Source: a virus (lineage: Duplodnaviria > Caudoviricetes). From it: a stretch of 59,432 nt of DNA. The notes below the pieces were generated by a model. It did no database searches. It was not told where the DNA came from and was given only the letters and a program-made list of their open reading frames with translations. The stretch is from positions 1-59,432 of IMG/VR virus record IMGVR_UViG_3300020205_002237; one strand, 5' to 3'. Shown here piece by piece: positions 56,228 to 59,432 of the stretch (positions are counted from its first letter, which is position 1; the number at the start of each line of letters is the position of its first letter). The translations under genes were made by a program, and so were the position numbers.

Positions 56228-56815
56228 TTCCCATTCCTTTTTAATTTCGCTGCTTGCTTCCGTTGAGGATTCTAGCCCTTTAGCTGAATCGCTGTCGGGT
56301 GCAAACTGCATTTTGAAAGATTTAAATTCTTCGGCTGTATCAAACGCCTTAGAAAGACTAAATAGTGTATTTTGATTAGCTGGTACTGACACTACTGAAA
56401 TTTCGTGCAGTTCTAGCTCTTTTACCACAAACAACTCTTTGGCTGCATCATATTCCGCATCTACGATTCGGAAGCCGATACTAAATGCCGTTAAGATGCC
56501 ATCTTTTACAAGATCAAACACTTCGCCAGCGGCTGAAGATATACGGGCTTTAACCCATAATCCTTTGCTGTCAACTCTGTGATCTACCATCCTACCAACT
56601 GGCTCGCTATGGTCATGATATGCCAAAATTACTGGATTCTTCAAATAATTTTGTATACCCTTTTTCCATACACTTGCTGGGACAATGTCGCCTTGTCTAT
56701 CAATGTCATCGGTACTTGCGTACCCTTCAATTGTTATACTAGTTGTCTTTTCGTCGGTGGTATCGCTCTTGATAAATGAACTGTTTAAAAACAGTACTTT
56801 ACTTTTATCTACCAT
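54875..56815 (-). CDS. HK97-type prohead protease fused in frame to major capsid protein
   Basis: IEGYAST..DRQGD, LAYHDH, AFSIGF, EISVVSVPANQ, followed without a stop by a coiled-coil scaffold and HK97 capsid. Confidence 0.9.
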   Translation of the reverse strand: MVDKSKVLFLNSSFIKSDTTDEKTTSITIEGYASTDDIDRQGDIVPASVWKKGIQNYLKNPVILAYHDHSEPVGRMVDHRVDSKGLWVKARISSAAGEVFDLVKDGILTAFSIGFRIVDAEYDAAKELFVVKELELHEISVVSVPANQNTLFSLSKAFDTAEEFKSFKMQFAPDSDSAKGLESSTEASSEIKKEWEMDPKQLEQMLADAANKAAELTAKAIADTQAKALAEKAAADKTEAELDARVKAAVASISTGDTGAERLMAEVEKRLAAAEDSSKSVIAGLEASLKEKAAEIEAITKSKMSFQEAKDGMSYADKEKAVMLAKMAGKSLEGTKFGRDMVQKYGAHVPSATWELEVSLNMENEVRRRLVVAPIFRNIAMQTNVMTIPVNPEAGLATWISNSDFGAAASAGAARTGTNGDAGTHTLKEITLNAYKVATNEYTAYEEEEDALLALMPMIRDGMVRRVARTVDRAFLRGAGAGSDPVTGLATWANNVTATGNTTAAGMNVAKLRTLRQGLGAWGLDPAEVIYIVNTDTYYNLLDDTTFQTMNQVGTQATLLTGQIGQIGGSPVLVSAEFAAPASTVVGAICVNPGNFIVGNQRGLRIDTQELVETQRRVMVASLRTGMTRVTTNLGNSVTKHTYTAT

Positions 56816-56824
56816 ATTACCCCT

Positions 56825-58000
56825 TTATTGCTGATTATCTGTGGGCCTACCACCTTTCGACGGATCAGCAGCCGAACCCGCAATATTGGCGGGTATTCTT
56901 ATTTCGTCATGGCCATCGATAGACTCATAACGTAATTCTTTTCTTGCTTCATTAGCTGTAATGATGCCTGCATTGACTAATGTCGAATGGTAAGCAGCAA
57001 TGTCTTTTAATTCTGGTTGCATTGCCGACACTGAACTAGTAACTGCTTCAATATCGTACCCATAGTATCGTTCTAGGCTTGATGTAAACTTACGAACAAC
57101 TGGCATAACTGTTTCTAAATAAAATAATCGTAGATTAGGCGAAATATTTGCATTATTTCCACCAGCTAATAAAATAGGTGGGATGCCGATACATTGCATA
57201 ATTAGTTCGTTGTGTGTTTTAATTGATTGATCAAAGTCCATGTCTTTGAAGTTTTGATTTGATACTTGTGCAGGTTTAAGTCCCGAGTCTAAAATAACTG
57301 GGCGCTTACCACCTTGTTTAGTTGAATATTTTTGTAACCAGTATTGAATTGTTTTTTCTTTTGCAATCTGTGAAAGTGTATTTTCCGAAGTTAATACTAA
57401 TCCAAATACAGCTCCATTATCAAAGAAATTCTCTTGAAAATCTTTCATAGCGTATAGTGTAGTAATACTTCGTTGGGCTGCTTCTAAACGCGAAGCGCCT
57501 CGATATATTGATTGTGAGTTTAGGTCACGGAAGTGAAATACTTCCGGTTCTTTAAAATCAACCATTCCGTTGTAACGATAACCACGGATAAATGTTTTTG
57601 TGTCCGTTAAAATCTCTACATTTTGTGCTGGTAAGTGATACATAAATACACCATCAAAGTGTATGAATACATTTCCTTCCAAGATTAGATCTGTAAAGAT
57701 TGATTGACGAAATTCTTGGGTGCTTTGATAAGGATTAGGACGAAAGTTCAAAAGTGTGTTAAGAGACTTTTGACGAATTCCGGCTACAACGCCTTCATTG
57801 ATCTTATCTTTTACGTCGTAATCAAGTGAGCTAGCTGCATTAACAAGCATACTAACTGAACGATTAACTGACTCTAGCTTCTGAAAGGCTTGGCGATATG
57901 TTATCTTGCTTTCAGTTGAAATCTGTGTACCTGCTTCTTGAGCGATACGTGTTTGTGCTGGATTAAGTTTTTCAATAACCCAATCTGTAAATCTTGACAT
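56825..58000 (-). CDS. portal protein (T5 pb7-like)
   Basis: KLNPAQ.RI, LLN.RPNPYQ, FF.NGA, GIITANEAR, RIPANIAGSA. Confidence 0.93.
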   Translation of the reverse strand: MSRFTDWVIEKLNPAQTRIAQEAGTQISTESKITYRQAFQKLESVNRSVSMLVNAASSLDYDVKDKINEGVVAGIRQKSLNTLLNFRPNPYQSTQEFRQSIFTDLILEGNVFIHFDGVFMYHLPAQNVEILTDTKTFIRGYRYNGMVDFKEPEVFHFRDLNSQSIYRGASRLEAAQRSITTLYAMKDFQENFFDNGAVFGLVLTSENTLSQIAKEKTIQYWLQKYSTKQGGKRPVILDSGLKPAQVSNQNFKDMDFDQSIKTHNELIMQCIGIPPILLAGGNNANISPNLRLFYLETVMPVVRKFTSSLERYYGYDIEAVTSSVSAMQPELKDIAAYHSTLVNAGIITANEARKELRYESIDGHDEIRIPANIAGSAADPSKGGRPTDNQQ

Positions 58001-58009
58001 AGTTTTCCC

Positions 58010-58441
58010 TTAGGTAAACTCTGAGAAAAAACTACCAAAGCTTTTTTTGGGAACAACTACTTCACCACCCGAATATTTTGCATGCTGCATCTCAATCCAA
58101 TGAGCCTGTTTCGGTTCTGAACCAGGTCGAGGAGCTTTACCATAAACGCTATGAAGCGCTACATGATGGCGATTACAAAGGGTGTAAACTTGGTCATATA
58201 ACTCAACACGATGCTCATCAATAAACTCATCTCTTACAGCTACAATGCCTTCATCTGTTGAAATGTCGTAACCTTTAGCTTCAGCCCATTTATCTAGGAG
58301 TATAGTAACTGAATGTAGGTGGTGCAGTTCTAGATCTGTGGTATCGCCACAAATACAACACTGCGTTTTCTTTTCGTAGGCTGCTTTAGCCCTGTCACGA
58401 ACCCACTTTACAGGGATTCGCTTATTTGTGTTTTTTGCCAT
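58010..58441 (-). CDS. HNH endonuclease (T5 nicking endonuclease position)
   Basis: C.IC....LELHH, TLC..HH..LH; between terminase and portal; start taken at MAKNT. Confidence 0.85.
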   Translation of the reverse strand: MAKNTNKRIPVKWVRDRAKAAYEKKTQCCICGDTTDLELHHLHSVTILLDKWAEAKGYDISTDEGIVAVRDEFIDEHRVELYDQVYTLCNRHHVALHSVYGKAPRPGSEPKQAHWIEMQHAKYSGGEVVVPKKSFGSFFSEFT

Positions 58442-58470
58442 TATTTCAAAGTACTCCACAATTACCTAGT

Positions 58471-58499
58471 ATTATAGCAGAACAGCAACAAAAAGTCAA
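58471..58499 (-). promoter_or_regulatory. sigma70-type promoter TTGACT-17-TATAAT
   Basis: 17-nt spacer, TG extended -10, upstream T tract. Confidence 0.85.
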
Positions 58500-58519
58500 T
58501 GCACAAATTTTTTGTGGCA

Positions 58520-59431
58520 TCAAACAGTATAGGTGTACAGCGCATAACGAACTGCGTCAGCCATGTGACTATAATCATCATGCATAGGGCGCTCACGTTG
58601 GAGCCCCTCACGTTGATCCCAGCGATACTGGTCAAACATAGCGCGTACGTTTGTACAATGTGGAGCTACCTTTAATCGACCTTGTTGTAGGAGTGTTTGT
58701 ACATAAGCAATACCAGGTAACACATCTTTTTTGGCTTTGGTTGTTGATATGTTGTATAAATAAGCAAGGTCACTAGCAAACTGTGCAGCAGCCGAGTCAA
58801 TAAACGTGACTTCAACGCCATGCTTTTCATTCATTGCCGTAAACGCTTCTGCATGTTCGGCAGTAGTCTTTTCTGACATTAGGTATTCATCGACAATATA
58901 AAAGCAATCACGGTTCCAATCGTACACGATAGCGCAATAAGCAGTAGCGTCTCGGTAACCAGGGTCGCATCCAGCAAATGCTTCGCCTTTAATATCTTCT
59001 GGAATTTCAATAACATCTGTATCCTGTAATGTGTAAATCTGACCCTCAAATACGGAAAATGAGGCTAAGTATTCTTGTTCGAACTCGGACTTTGACATAG
59101 ATCGACGTGCTTCGGCAACATCTGACTCAGCCATGCGAGTATTTTCAGTGTAATCAGCTTGCAAGCTAATCCACTCGGGGAAACCAGGATCAAAGCCACG
59201 ATTCCAAAATTGTGAAAACCAGTTGTTACGACCACGAGGTGTGGAAATAAAAATGGCTTTGGCTTGAGGCTTATCAAGAGTTGGACGCAGTGCCACATTA
59301 AAGGCGGCTTCACCGCCTTCGCCTAGGGCAGCTTCGTCAAATATGATTAGGTCATATGATCGACCAACAGTACTATCAACGGTACTAAGAGAACCCATAC
59401 GAATGGTAGAACCGTTGCTGAGTTCGATAAT
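58520..59431 (-). CDS. terL: terminase large subunit (5'-truncated by window)
   Basis: Walker B LIIFDEAA, ISTPRG, F.QEYLA, GCDPG nuclease motif, H.ADA.RYA; frame open to the edge. Confidence 0.95.
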   Translation of the reverse strand: MIELSNGSTIRMGSLSTVDSTVGRSYDLIIFDEAALGEGGEAAFNVALRPTLDKPQAKAIFISTPRGRNNWFSQFWNRGFDPGFPEWISLQADYTENTRMAESDVAEARRSMSKSEFEQEYLASFSVFEGQIYTLQDTDVIEIPEDIKGEAFAGCDPGYRDATAYCAIVYDWNRDCFYIVDEYLMSEKTTAEHAEAFTAMNEKHGVEVTFIDSAAAQFASDLAYLYNISTTKAKKDVLPGIAYVQTLLQQGRLKVAPHCTNVRAMFDQYRWDQREGLQRERPMHDDYSHMADAVRYALYTYTV

Positions 59432-59432
59432 T

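Noticed and set aside
1-59432. Stop-codon reassignment, tRNAs, introns or inteins
   Set aside because: Genes tile densely in the standard code with TAA, TAG and TGA all used as stops; no gap holds a recognisable tRNA; the visible terminase part has no intein motifs

Overview
Continuous minus-strand late (virion morphogenesis and lysis) region of a T5-like siphophage (Demerecviridae-type head and tail-tube genes). The host is Gram-negative, judged from the two-component spanins and a GH19 endolysin. Transcription order, from high to low coordinates: terminase large subunit (partial), HNH endonuclease, portal, an in-frame prohead-protease/major-capsid ORF with an internal capsid start, head and tail completion proteins, tail terminator, a pb6-like tail tube with an internal repeat insert, tail assembly chaperones joined by a GGGAAAC -1 frameshift, tape measure, and a lambda-type tail tip with an NlpC/P60-gpI-gpJ fusion. 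A separately promoted block follows, with about 28 kb of roughly 20 appendage genes: a 1786-aa GPT/GIQ collagen, Gly-rich domain paralogues, LamG arrays, a propeller-like protein and an HxH fibre. It ends with a GT2-TPR glycosyltransferase, the lysis genes and six small membrane or secreted proteins. The most notable signals are (1) recurring terminal motifs and repeated gene triads in the appendage block, which suggest a plug-and-socket branched fibre, and (2) a BclA-like Thr-rich collagen co-transcribed with a GT2-TPR enzyme, which suggests virion glycosylation. Four near-consensus sigma70 promoters and several terminators are visible. No tRNA, CRISPR, integrase or reverse transcriptase was recognised. 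All calls come from motif recognition by eye; no database searches were run.
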